DNA from: Silvanigrellaceae bacterium
GTDB taxonomy: Bacteria; Bdellovibrionota_B; Oligoflexia; Silvanigrellales; Silvanigrellaceae
Assembly: GCA_049423385.1 (NCBI GenBank)
Contig: JBMSQQ010000040.1
Coordinates: 1-30,315 of the forward strand
DNA: 30,315 nucleotides
Direction: 5' to 3'
In this document: positions 9,151 to 17,627 of the stretch, piece by piece
Position numbering within the stretch: the stretch's first letter is position 1
Layout: each line of letters begins with the position of its first letter
The notes under the pieces: model-generated
Databases searched by the model: none
What the model was told of the DNA's origin: nothing
What the model saw: the letters and a program-made list of their open reading frames with translations, nothing else
Made by a program: the position numbers and the translations under genes

Positions 9151-9594
9151 GTGAACTTCTTCAGCATTGTTGCGGCTTTCGTGCTGGTGCTGTTATTTTT
9201 TTCGCCCGGCTCTGCGCGCGCCGATGGTTTCGTTTGTGCATCAGGCGTTCTCTACAAACCGGATGGCAGCGAGACGTATGTTGGTGCTGGTGCCTGCGAG
9301 ACGGGCAGGTTTTTTGGTCGTATCGCATGTGTGGCCGGAACGATGTGGTTTTCGGATGGACGTTCAACTTATGTGGGCGTGGACGCTTGCAAGACGGCCA
9401 AGGCGAGTCCGAACTTCTTTTGTGTCAACGGAATTTTGTTCCACAGCAGCGGTTGGAGCCAGTACGTTGGAGGTTCCTGCACGACGGCTCTTTTGTTTTC
9501 CGATTATGCTTGTGCCAATGGAATGCTTTTCAAGACTGATGGTTCCTCGAACTATGTGGGAAGCCAGGGTTGCAGGTCGTTTGGTCCGCGGTGA
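9151..9594 (+). CDS. Secreted Cys-rich protein with four ~31-aa repeats
   Basis: GTG 9151 opens a signal peptide ending ARA, followed by four units of CxxGx(L/M)x3-4(D/S)GxxxYVGx2-3C. Confidence 0.7.
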   Translation: MNFFSIVAAFVLVLLFFSPGSARADGFVCASGVLYKPDGSETYVGAGACETGRFFGRIACVAGTMWFSDGRSTYVGVDACKTAKASPNFFCVNGILFHSSGWSQYVGGSCTTALLFSDYACANGMLFKTDGSSNYVGSQGCRSFGPR

Positions 9595-9748
9595 CGCACC
9601 GTCATTTGTCATCGAGCCAAAGGATAAAGGCTCAGCAAGAGAAAGGGTGGGCGTTATGGTTTGCCAGCTGAAGCTTGAGAGTATCGAGTTGGGCAGTAAA
9701 TTGAAATGGACAACCACCCTCAATTCGCCGCCCGTTCAGAATGGAGGA

Positions 9749-10297
9749 TCACTTTTTGCAAATGACCATCAGGCTTCTCTTCTCATCGCTTCCTGCCGTG
9801 AATTTATATCGTAAATAAGGCTTGGCTCCTGGCATGCATCGCTCTGTTTCGATTTTATTCTCGAGCATTTTTCGGCAGTCTTTTCGTTTGGCGTCGAACG
9901 ATCCTGCAGACACATCTTGTTCATCGAAAGCTTCGCATTTCACGACCTCGTTAATATTTTTCTTATAGTCTGCAATTGCCCCTTTCAATTTCTCCTTTTG
10001 TTCCTTGGTAAGACTTTTCTTTTTCACACAAGACGAAGAGATCTCAAAGGCTATTTTGTAGGAATCACCTTCGCCAGAACAGTTGATTGTTGAAGCCTCT
10101 GCGTGTTTTACACTGCACTCCGGGCTTTGCAGAATCCTCGTCTTCATGTCTTCACAAGATTTTCTCGTTTTCTCTTGTATCCGCATCAGCTGTTCTTGAG
10201 CTTTTTTCAAGCTCTCTTCCCGTTCCGCCTGGGTTTTTGCAGTGGCCGAAAGCGAAAATAAAGAAATGAAGAATACTGACAGTCGATTCATGAACAT
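9749..10297 (-). CDS. Secreted hypothetical protein (8 Cys, Lys-rich)
   Basis: ATG 10297 with GGAGA SD; signal peptide MFMNRLSVFFISLFSLSATA. Confidence 0.65.
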   Translation of the reverse strand: MFMNRLSVFFISLFSLSATAKTQAEREESLKKAQEQLMRIQEKTRKSCEDMKTRILQSPECSVKHAEASTINCSGEGDSYKIAFEISSSCVKKKSLTKEQKEKLKGAIADYKKNINEVVKCEAFDEQDVSAGSFDAKRKDCRKMLENKIETERCMPGAKPYLRYKFTAGSDEKRSLMVICKK

Positions 10298-10615
10298 GTC
10301 TCTCCGGGGTTTCCGTGGGTGGTTATCGGAGCGCAGTGAAGAATCATGAGCCACAAATTTGATGGAGACTTTGGATTCTACCTGTTTCTGCAATTGCAAT
10401 CCGACGGAAGTCTCATTGACATATGTTGGAATCCAGAGAAATGCAGCCACGAACTGAGTGAAGGCAAGCTTTCTTGTGCCTCCAATGTTTGAACTCCATC
10501 ACAGAGTCTGCTTGCTGCTGAGAAATCCGGCACAAAAACTCGCCAAAATCCTCACGTCCAGCCAGCGGGCAAGCCTGAAGTCGGATAAGCTCAAGGACAG
10601 TGGATGGAGGACTTC

Positions 10616-12559
10616 ATGATTAAAGTCGGGCCCTGGCTTTTTGCCCTTTCCTATTTCGTGGTCCCGATGGGATGCAAAAAGCAAAACTCTTCAGGTACAC
10701 AATCTTCATCTTCGACTCAAAAGAAAACGGCCTGCTTGAGTTTTCAGGGCAACGGAGTCTATTTTCCGTCACACATCGGCGCCCTGATTGCCCTGCTTGA
10801 AAACAACATCGAACCCGTATTTGCGGTCGGCGGTTCCAGTGGTTCGATTATTGCGGCTCTGTCGCGTGCGGTGGTCGACAACGCCACCCTTTCACCTTCC
10901 GGTTCATTTCGCCCACAGGACGCTGCTCTGGTCTTGGCAGCAAGCTTACCGATGGTCGAGTCGACTCTTTTTCTTCCGCGTTTCAACACTCCGCTGCGGA
11001 TGCTCGATTCCCTTGATGTCTTCCTGAGTGGTTCCAAACAAGGGGTATTGGCTGCCAGCCCCGACAACGGAATGATCAGTCCCGAATCGATTGTTGGTCA
11101 GTCTGCATTGATCATCAACTTCTTCCGCTCAGCAGACTTCAGGCAGCTGATTCGCATGAACTCACTGCAGGAAAGGGAAAAAGAAATTGTCCGTCTTTGG
11201 AAGAACTATGCGAATGCAATCGCAGTGACTCCCGAGATGTTTGCTGAAGCGTTGCTGGTTGATCGCAACACTTTGATGAACAGCAAGAAAAACGACCTGG
11301 TTGAAATTCAGGACCGCATTTTTGGATTGTTCAGAAGCGTCGGTGGCGAGTATTTCGGAAATTACAAAGACCAACAGGAATCCTGGAATCAGCTTTTGAT
11401 CAGCAATCGAAAAATGCTTGGGGCGGACAACGGAAAAAATAAAATCGAAATGTTCAAGACCGCACTTGAAAAAGCAAAGGCACTGGAAAGTTTTGACGCG
11501 CTTTACGCGACACTCTCGGGTCCATTCCTCCTGCCAGACCCGGTGCGGGTATTCATGGCCTATCAGGGCGTTGAACATGGCTCGCAAAAGCGGATTGAAA
11601 TTCCAACGAACACCATCATCCATGCCACTGCCCGCAGGGCCAGGAAGACAGATGGAAGCTGGAAAGAGTTGAAAGGACTTTCGGCTCTTCATCAAGTCTA
11701 TTTTGCAAACACGCAACAGGCAGAAGGGTTCTCAGCGCGTCTGACAAACCCGCAGCACAATCCGCTTCAACCTCAAAATCGCCAGATGCAACCCGTCATT
11801 CCAGACGAGCGGATTGTTGTCAGTGGACAGTCTCTCGGGCCGAGCCTGACAGCCAGCACCGGCGAGCCGGCAGCTTTTGTTCGAAGTCCCATCAATCTCG
11901 ATGTGGCTTCACGCGGGCGCCTGGGTTGGACGACGCCAGACGAAACATTGGTCGGCTATGGTGGCTGGCTTGAAAAGATTTCGCTGGGCACGGCCATGCA
12001 GTTCGATCAATGTGCACCTGATCGAGTCGATCTCTACTTTTTCACATCAGATGGAGGAGGAGTTGGCAAATTCAACAAGATGGCTTTTCTTGGACTTTTT
12101 GTCGATGAGCCTTATCGGGGCGCCCTGGCAGAGATCGCACAGAACCCTGCCTTGATCAGCAAGCTGTTGTCAGGCAGCACCAACAATTCAGGAATGTTGG
12201 AAGGTCAAGCTCAACGCGAATTCGATGCACTTGTTGTTTCAACCGAACAGCTTTTTGTTGAGGGAAAGAGTGCCAAAGCGAAACAGGGTAACGTGCCCGT
12301 GCTGCTGGAACATGCCAAACCTTCCGACCTGGGTGGAGCCGACGGCGAGCGGCAAAGCATTGTGATCCGTTCGAACCGCAGAGCACTCGTTCTCACGGCC
12401 TACGAAAAAACGCGAAAAATTTTGGATCAACAAAATCTGCTGGGTCGAACGATGATGCTTTGGAATGAGCCTGGTGAGAAAATCAGCATCTCTTCCTTGC
12501 CCACGCCCGAATCTGTGCAGACTGCTATCGAACGCATTGCGCCACGCAGGCAACATTGA
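10616..12559 (+). CDS. Patatin-like phospholipase-fold lipoprotein
   Basis: GGAGG SD; lipobox PMG|C; LSFQGNGVYFPSHIGALIALLE (oxyanion loop) and AVGGSSGSIIA (GxSxG). Confidence 0.7.
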   Translation: MIKVGPWLFALSYFVVPMGCKKQNSSGTQSSSSTQKKTACLSFQGNGVYFPSHIGALIALLENNIEPVFAVGGSSGSIIAALSRAVVDNATLSPSGSFRPQDAALVLAASLPMVESTLFLPRFNTPLRMLDSLDVFLSGSKQGVLAASPDNGMISPESIVGQSALIINFFRSADFRQLIRMNSLQEREKEIVRLWKNYANAIAVTPEMFAEALLVDRNTLMNSKKNDLVEIQDRIFGLFRSVGGEYFGNYKDQQESWNQLLISNRKMLGADNGKNKIEMFKTALEKAKALESFDALYATLSGPFLLPDPVRVFMAYQGVEHGSQKRIEIPTNTIIHATARRARKTDGSWKELKGLSALHQVYFANTQQAEGFSARLTNPQHNPLQPQNRQMQPVIPDERIVVSGQSLGPSLTASTGEPAAFVRSPINLDVASRGRLGWTTPDETLVGYGGWLEKISLGTAMQFDQCAPDRVDLYFFTSDGGGVGKFNKMAFLGLFVDEPYRGALAEIAQNPALISKLLSGSTNNSGMLEGQAQREFDALVVSTEQLFVEGKSAKAKQGNVPVLLEHAKPSDLGGADGERQSIVIRSNRRALVLTAYEKTRKILDQQNLLGRTMMLWNEPGEKISISSLPTPESVQTAIERIAPRRQH

Positions 12560-12690
12560 ATCGGTCGGAGAAGAGTTCGCCACGTCAGCGGAGTATCCGG
12601 CTGATGCAAGTGTGATGACGAGTCGAACTCGGTTGGAATCAAGTGGAGCACGTCACATGCTCTTTGCTGTATCGAAGTCATCTTCTTCGC

Positions 12691-13059
12691 TCACTTGGAA
12701 AGATATTCTGCAAGAAACCTGACCTCATTCTCAGATAGAGGGTCGGCGTATCGGGGCGGCATCGGGTTTTCATTGTCCTGAATACGTGCCAGGGAACGTT
12801 GCCTTACAGATCGGAATTCTGCTTCGATGTTGAAGTCCAGAAGGGGCGTTGAAGCGGGTACAAACTCGCTTTTCTTTTCTGTATGACAAGAAGCACAGCG
12901 CTCCTTCACGAGTTGTCCAACTCCATTTTGCCAAGATGGCACTGTGGCTGAGATATTGACGCCTGTTGGCGTGATGTCAGCTAATGTTTCCGCATGCGAG
13001 CATGCGGAGATTATCGCAACGAAAGATATTGCAATGATGTGTGTTCTGAAATTTCTCAT
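12691..13059 (-). CDS. Monoheme c-type cytochrome lipoprotein
   Basis: Lipobox ISA|C, heme motif CASCH, distal MPP (axial Met candidate). ATGA overlap with the upstream MNIO fusion ORF. Confidence 0.82.
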   Translation of the reverse strand: MRNFRTHIIAISFVAIISACSHAETLADITPTGVNISATVPSWQNGVGQLVKERCASCHTEKKSEFVPASTPLLDFNIEAEFRSVRQRSLARIQDNENPMPPRYADPLSENEVRFLAEYLSK

Positions 13060-15485
13060 CTTTCAACCTCTGCTTTTACGATGGGTGTCTGGAATCTGAA
13101 GAAGAAACGTACCGCGCTCAACCGTGAGGGAATAAAGAGTTGCGCAGCTCCAATCTGAAGTTGCGGTGAAGCCTGCCAGCCCAATGAGACCTGGCCGCCA
13201 AAGCTCCCTTCACCGTGATTTTCATTGAGGTCATTGCTGCCATCTTCAACAAGCAAAAGGTTTTGGTCCTCGGCGATAAAGAACTTGCTCGTCGCATTTC
13301 GTCTGAACGCCATAACTTCAGAATAAATAGCTGATCTCTTGTGGGTACCTGAAATCGAAAAGCCCGAGCTCGAGTTGCTGCTTTTGAAGCTGTCAGCGCT
13401 TCCTGTGGTCGCCGCACTTGAAAAACGACCCGTCAGTTGGGAGTCACCCGTTTGCTGATAAAGGCGTGCTCCCCAGATTATTCCATCCGACAAAATACCC
13501 TGTGTATCGGAGGCCTGAACTTCCAGGCCGAACTTTGTTTGTGTGAATATGCTTCCGCCGCTGAGAAAACTTCTTGATGCTTGTTCCGGAAGCCAACCTG
13601 CAAATCCGCGGATCAAAATCGAGCTCTTGAGCAGGTGGGTTGAAAAGGGTGCAATGGAAACACCCAGGGTTGGCAGCACGTGCACAGGTGCTGAGGGAAC
13701 TCCCTCGGTCTTTGACCCCACCGTTGAGTCGATATTCGGAACCAGGGTGGCAGAAGTGCCAAGGTCGAAGGTCAATTGTCCGGTTGAGGGAGCCGCAAGG
13801 CCCGCCGGAACGTCATCCAACAAGCTCGCGCTGACCTGTATCAGCCTGCGGGTTTGGTCTTTCCAGACTTCTGCAGAAGCGTTGTCACTGATGAAAAAAC
13901 TTGCCAGCAGAATGGTAACGACCCTGGTTGTGAGTCCACCAAGGCGGAAGAGTGTGGTGAGCCAAATTTGAACACCAAGAGCAGCAGAATCTTCATGATG
14001 TTTTCCATCTGAATCAAGTGCCTCTTCAAGCGAAGCGCCATTGTTCAATTGGAGTGCGATGTCCTTGCACTCGTCGGGAATGACAACGGTGTGAAGATCA
14101 CACTCGGACGATCGAAAGAGGATGTGGCCGCCGTGGGCAACAGCGGTCGGCTTTTGAGGACAATTCTCATCAGCAGGCTCCTTCCGCTGCGACGCCCGAA
14201 CAAAAACTGTGGTTGGATTCAAATGGATTTCTCCGAGTGGGGTTTCCGAAGTAGGGGTCGAGATTTCTTTATTTTCACTGGTCAGGACATTCCAGCGGGC
14301 AATGCAGAGTTCGACCATTTGGCTCAGTTCTGGGAATTCTTCATCCAGGTTCCTGGATTTCAGATATCCCGCAAGTCCCAGCAAGTTGTCCTGCAACAAC
14401 ACACCACTTAGGCCCGACGTAATGGCATAATTTGCTATCCATGCCTGAACGCGGTGGTTTCCAAATTTATCGTTCAATGGTGTCAGCAGTGTGTTCGAGA
14501 GTGTCTGTGTGATGCGTGAATAGAAGCAGTCTCTGTAGACGTCGATTTGATGGCTGAGAGATTCTTCGATCTTCAGTCTTGCTGGGTCTGTTTGGGTCCA
14601 TGGAGGAGTGTAGACGGCTTCCACGAAATGGCTTTGCACTTCGGCAAGCTCACGGGGAGTCTCTGGTTCAGTTTCAATCACATTGATTTTTCCAACACCA
14701 TCGTTCAATTCATTGATGAGCGTTGCCAAGCTGGCGTTTGGATCATCATTTTCAAGTACAATGGGATTGAGTCCAAAACGATGCAGGCAGCTTGTGAGCA
14801 GACTCCAACAATTTTCAGATACTGGCTGGTCATGGGTGTCGTGTAGCCATGAACCATGATTTGTGTGACCGGCTATATGGTACTGAGTCACCATCCAGGG
14901 CTCGAGAAATTCAAGTTCATCTTCTGTGGACGTGCCAAGGTTGAAGCTTGTGACAAGCACGTTGTTGACATCAAGAAGAATTCCACAGCCGGTTTCTCGG
15001 CAGAGTCGTGCAAGAAATTCCAACTCGCTCATTTCATCATGTTTGAACCGGACGTACCGGGAAAGGTTTTCCAAGCTCAAACGATGTCCAACAACACGCT
15101 GAACCTCTCTGACCCGATGAGCAACCCAGTGAAGATTTTCCTGCGTGTAGGGAAAAGGCAGGAGGTCGTAGGTTGCTTTTGCGTGAGTGCGTGTAAAGCA
15201 GAGGTGATCTGAAATCACTCGAGGTTGAACCAATTCAGACAACTCTGAAAGGCCATCAAGGTATCGCACATCCAAAGGCGAGGTGCCTGCAATGTTGATT
15301 CCCACTCCGTGCATGACAGTGCGACGGTCTTTTACAGTTTCAGCCAAATGAAAGCGGCCCCGTCCTCCGGCTTGGTGGATATAGTTGTCAGTCATGACCT
15401 CGACCCAAAGTCCTGTGCCGACATTCTTCCATTCATGATAGTGACCCGGGCGAAGTCCCATTCCGATAAAATCCGAGAGTTTCAA
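13056..15485 (-). CDS. MNIO (DUF692, BufB-like) fused to a DUF2063-like partner domain and a C-terminal exported beta-barrel-like domain
   Basis: IGMGLRPGH, VEVMTDNY, HGVG, SDHLCF, YDLLP, LENLSRY, LLDVNN, HIAGH, HDTH, LENDD (DUF692). Then LAEVQSHF..QIDVYRDCFYSR (DUF2063-like), hydrophobic VVTILLASFFI..NASA, and amphipathic beta-strands. Probable start TTG 15485 (GGAGG SD). Confidence 0.88.
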   Translation of the reverse strand: MKLSDFIGMGLRPGHYHEWKNVGTGLWVEVMTDNYIHQAGGRGRFHLAETVKDRRTVMHGVGINIAGTSPLDVRYLDGLSELSELVQPRVISDHLCFTRTHAKATYDLLPFPYTQENLHWVAHRVREVQRVVGHRLSLENLSRYVRFKHDEMSELEFLARLCRETGCGILLDVNNVLVTSFNLGTSTEDELEFLEPWMVTQYHIAGHTNHGSWLHDTHDQPVSENCWSLLTSCLHRFGLNPIVLENDDPNASLATLINELNDGVGKINVIETEPETPRELAEVQSHFVEAVYTPPWTQTDPARLKIEESLSHQIDVYRDCFYSRITQTLSNTLLTPLNDKFGNHRVQAWIANYAITSGLSGVLLQDNLLGLAGYLKSRNLDEEFPELSQMVELCIARWNVLTSENKEISTPTSETPLGEIHLNPTTVFVRASQRKEPADENCPQKPTAVAHGGHILFRSSECDLHTVVIPDECKDIALQLNNGASLEEALDSDGKHHEDSAALGVQIWLTTLFRLGGLTTRVVTILLASFFISDNASAEVWKDQTRRLIQVSASLLDDVPAGLAAPSTGQLTFDLGTSATLVPNIDSTVGSKTEGVPSAPVHVLPTLGVSIAPFSTHLLKSSILIRGFAGWLPEQASRSFLSGGSIFTQTKFGLEVQASDTQGILSDGIIWGARLYQQTGDSQLTGRFSSAATTGSADSFKSSNSSSGFSISGTHKRSAIYSEVMAFRRNATSKFFIAEDQNLLLVEDGSNDLNENHGEGSFGGQVSLGWQASPQLQIGAAQLFIPSRLSAVRFFFRFQTPIVKAEVER

Positions 15486-15579
15486 TGATTTTCCCTCCAT
15501 CCAAGTTCGACAAGGGATACGTTTCGGGGGCGTCAAAAGTGACATGAGCATGCAAAATCATAAGGGGCTTGTCAGTGTT

Positions 15580-15604
15580 GTAACCAAAAACAGGCTCAAT
15601 CGAA
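15580..15604 (+). promoter_or_regulatory. Putative ECF (SigF/ECF16-type) promoter
   Basis: GTAACC-N15-CGAA, 60 bp upstream of the precursor ATG. Close to the Caulobacter SigF consensus GTAACC-N16-CGAA as recalled. Confidence 0.65.
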
Positions 15605-15664
15605 TTACCTCTCGACGGTTTCGGACATGATGTTTTGTCCAACTGATCGAAGGAGTGATACCTG

Positions 15665-16048
15665 ATGAAAAAGACACTTGGATTCCTGGCAACGACAGCG
15701 CTTTTGGCAGCTTGCGGAAATTCAAAGACCGCACAAACCGACGACAACAAGAATACGAGTCCATTGGCCTCTGCGGATCAAAATGAAATTGTACGATGTT
15801 TTGGCATCAACAGCTGCTCATCATACGCGAAATGTGCAGTGACCGCTGCAGATGTCGAGGCAACAAAGAGAGTCTTTGGCGACAAATTTGCAGCGACCGA
15901 GCTTCATGAGTGCGCTGGTCTTGCGAAGTGCGCTGCAGCATCTGGTCAGTTGAATTGGGTTCAGGTCAGTCGCCAGGAATGCGCTCAAAAAGAGGGATTT
16001 CTGATCACAAACGCGGCCGATGGGACAAAAGTCGTCAACAAGATTTGA
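15665..16048 (+). CDS. Bufferin-like (BufA2-type, six-Cys) MNIO RiPP precursor, lipoprotein
   Basis: AAGGAG SD; lipobox LAA|C17; CFGINSC-x5-C ... HECAGLAKC ... W..V...EC (C45, 51, 57, 83, 89, 106); adjacent to MNIO. Confidence 0.8.
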   Translation: MKKTLGFLATTALLAACGNSKTAQTDDNKNTSPLASADQNEIVRCFGINSCSSYAKCAVTAADVEATKRVFGDKFAATELHECAGLAKCAAASGQLNWVQVSRQECAQKEGFLITNAADGTKVVNKI

Positions 16049-16162
16049 GGACGACGATGAACTCCCTGTGACCGGCGTTTTGACATATCAAATATCGTTT
16101 TGCGGGTGTGGGCTGATAGGCTTGCACTCGCGTGCTCGATTTTTTGGAGGAGATTTGGCGAG

Positions 16163-16759
16163 ATGAACCCATCGACAACGCCAAACGACAGGGAGTGGCA
16201 GAATGCGCAACTTTTGTTCATGGCCTATCTATCGGGAGACGCCTCCGTTGTTAATCAACTTTTCACCTTGCTGGGACGAGCCGTCCGTGGTTTTTTCTTC
16301 GCGCGCACGAGATCTCAGGACGACAGCGACGACTTGACACAAGCGACGCTCCTTAAAATTCACCTTGCCAGGCATTCATTCGATTCGCGTTTGTCTTTGA
16401 AAACATGGATGTTTACGATCGCCCATAGAACCTTGATTGATCATTGGCGAAAGAGAGGCCGCAGGGACGCAACCGAGACTCAGGAAGACTCAGGAATTCT
16501 GAGTGATTACAGTGACCCGGAGACTATTGAACTGTCGACACTTGTCGCCCTGCGCGGGGTGCTGGAAAAGGCTCTTGAGTCGTTGAAACCATCCGATCGC
16601 TCGATCGTATATTTGGGTGTGGTGGAGGGGCTTTCCATGTCCGAATTGGCTGTTGTGGTCAACTCCACCGAGGGTGCTGTCAAGGTGAAATTGCATCGTC
16701 TGCTCAGGAACCTGAGAGGATCCTTGAGAGAGATGGAAGCCCAAGGAGACTCCCCATGA
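16163..16759 (+). CDS. ECF RNA polymerase sigma factor (SigF/ECF16-like)
   Basis: Region 2 DDLTQATLLKIHLARHSFD..KTWMFTIAHRTLIDHWR; region 4 EGLSMSELA..STEGAVKVKLHR. ATGA overlap with the next gene. Confidence 0.9.
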   Translation: MNPSTTPNDREWQNAQLLFMAYLSGDASVVNQLFTLLGRAVRGFFFARTRSQDDSDDLTQATLLKIHLARHSFDSRLSLKTWMFTIAHRTLIDHWRKRGRRDATETQEDSGILSDYSDPETIELSTLVALRGVLEKALESLKPSDRSIVYLGVVEGLSMSELAVVVNSTEGAVKVKLHRLLRNLRGSLREMEAQGDSP

Positions 16760-17439
16760 GTTTTGAACAGAATAATCTCTTTGATTATATCGCGAACGAT
16801 GTTGCTTCAGGACAGAAAATGAAGTCGTTGCGTTGGCTGTTGTCCGCAGCAGTGGTTTTGATTCCAGCGATCTTCATTGCGAGTATGGGATTCAATCCAG
16901 GCCTGACCTGGTCTGGATCATGGATGCCTTGGGCAATGCTTCTTTCGTTTGTCGCTTTGGTTCTGCTATTTGGAAGTTCTTTAGGTGGTGCTCCTCGTGT
17001 GCGCTGGATTACATTGTTATGCGCCGCAGTTCTCTTCTTTTCATTGATTTTCCCTCAGTTTGGAGATGCTTTTGATCCTGTCGTGGAAAGTGGTGGTGAT
17101 TGGCTTGACTCGCTGCATTGTTTCGGTTTTGGATTGATGATGGGTGCAGTCACATCATGTGTTTTGATTTTCACCGTTTTCCGATGGGGTCCAGTTCCGA
17201 ATTCAGGAACACGCCTTACGATGAGCCAGGTTGCGGGGCTTGCAGGAGTTGTTGGACTTTTCTTTTATTGTCCCAATTCCGATTTGGTTCATTTGTTTAC
17301 GGGGCACGGGCTACAAACTGCAATAGTTTTTGCTGGCGCTTATCTTTTCTCTCAGTTCCTGTTTTCCCGGATTATTCGTAAACAACTGGGAAAGTCCGCG
17401 GTTCAGTTCGAAAACCTGAGAAAATTCGACAACGATTAG
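16756..17439 (+). CDS. NrsF/DUF1109-like membrane anti-sigma factor
   Basis: About 6 TM helices, HCF and FYCPxxDxxHLxxxH motifs, translationally coupled to the ECF sigma. Confidence 0.72.
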   Translation: MSFEQNNLFDYIANDVASGQKMKSLRWLLSAAVVLIPAIFIASMGFNPGLTWSGSWMPWAMLLSFVALVLLFGSSLGGAPRVRWITLLCAAVLFFSLIFPQFGDAFDPVVESGGDWLDSLHCFGFGLMMGAVTSCVLIFTVFRWGPVPNSGTRLTMSQVAGLAGVVGLFFYCPNSDLVHLFTGHGLQTAIVFAGAYLFSQFLFSRIIRKQLGKSAVQFENLRKFDND

Positions 17440-17627
17440 TTCAGGTTTAGCCGCAAATTCCTGACTTCTCTGACAAGAGCGTCAATGCTGATTAATCTGC
17501 ATAACGTCTATCCTTTTAACTTTTTCGCATCTCGGTCCGCCATGTCAATTTTGATCAAAATTGAATTTTCTTGAAGGCAACGAATTTTTTGGCGCCAATC
17601 AATGCGGGTTGCCGCAGAATGTCAACG

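Noticed and set aside
13056..16048. Methanobactin or chryseobasin-type MNIO pathway
   Set aside because: The precursor is a long exported six-Cys protein with an ECF/NrsF-like pair, matching bufferin-type loci; no MbnC-like gene or TonB receptor is visible.
16476..16495. 10-bp tandem AGACTCAGGA x2 within the sigma gene
   Set aside because: Frame is intact through region 4; lies in the variable linker; probably incidental.
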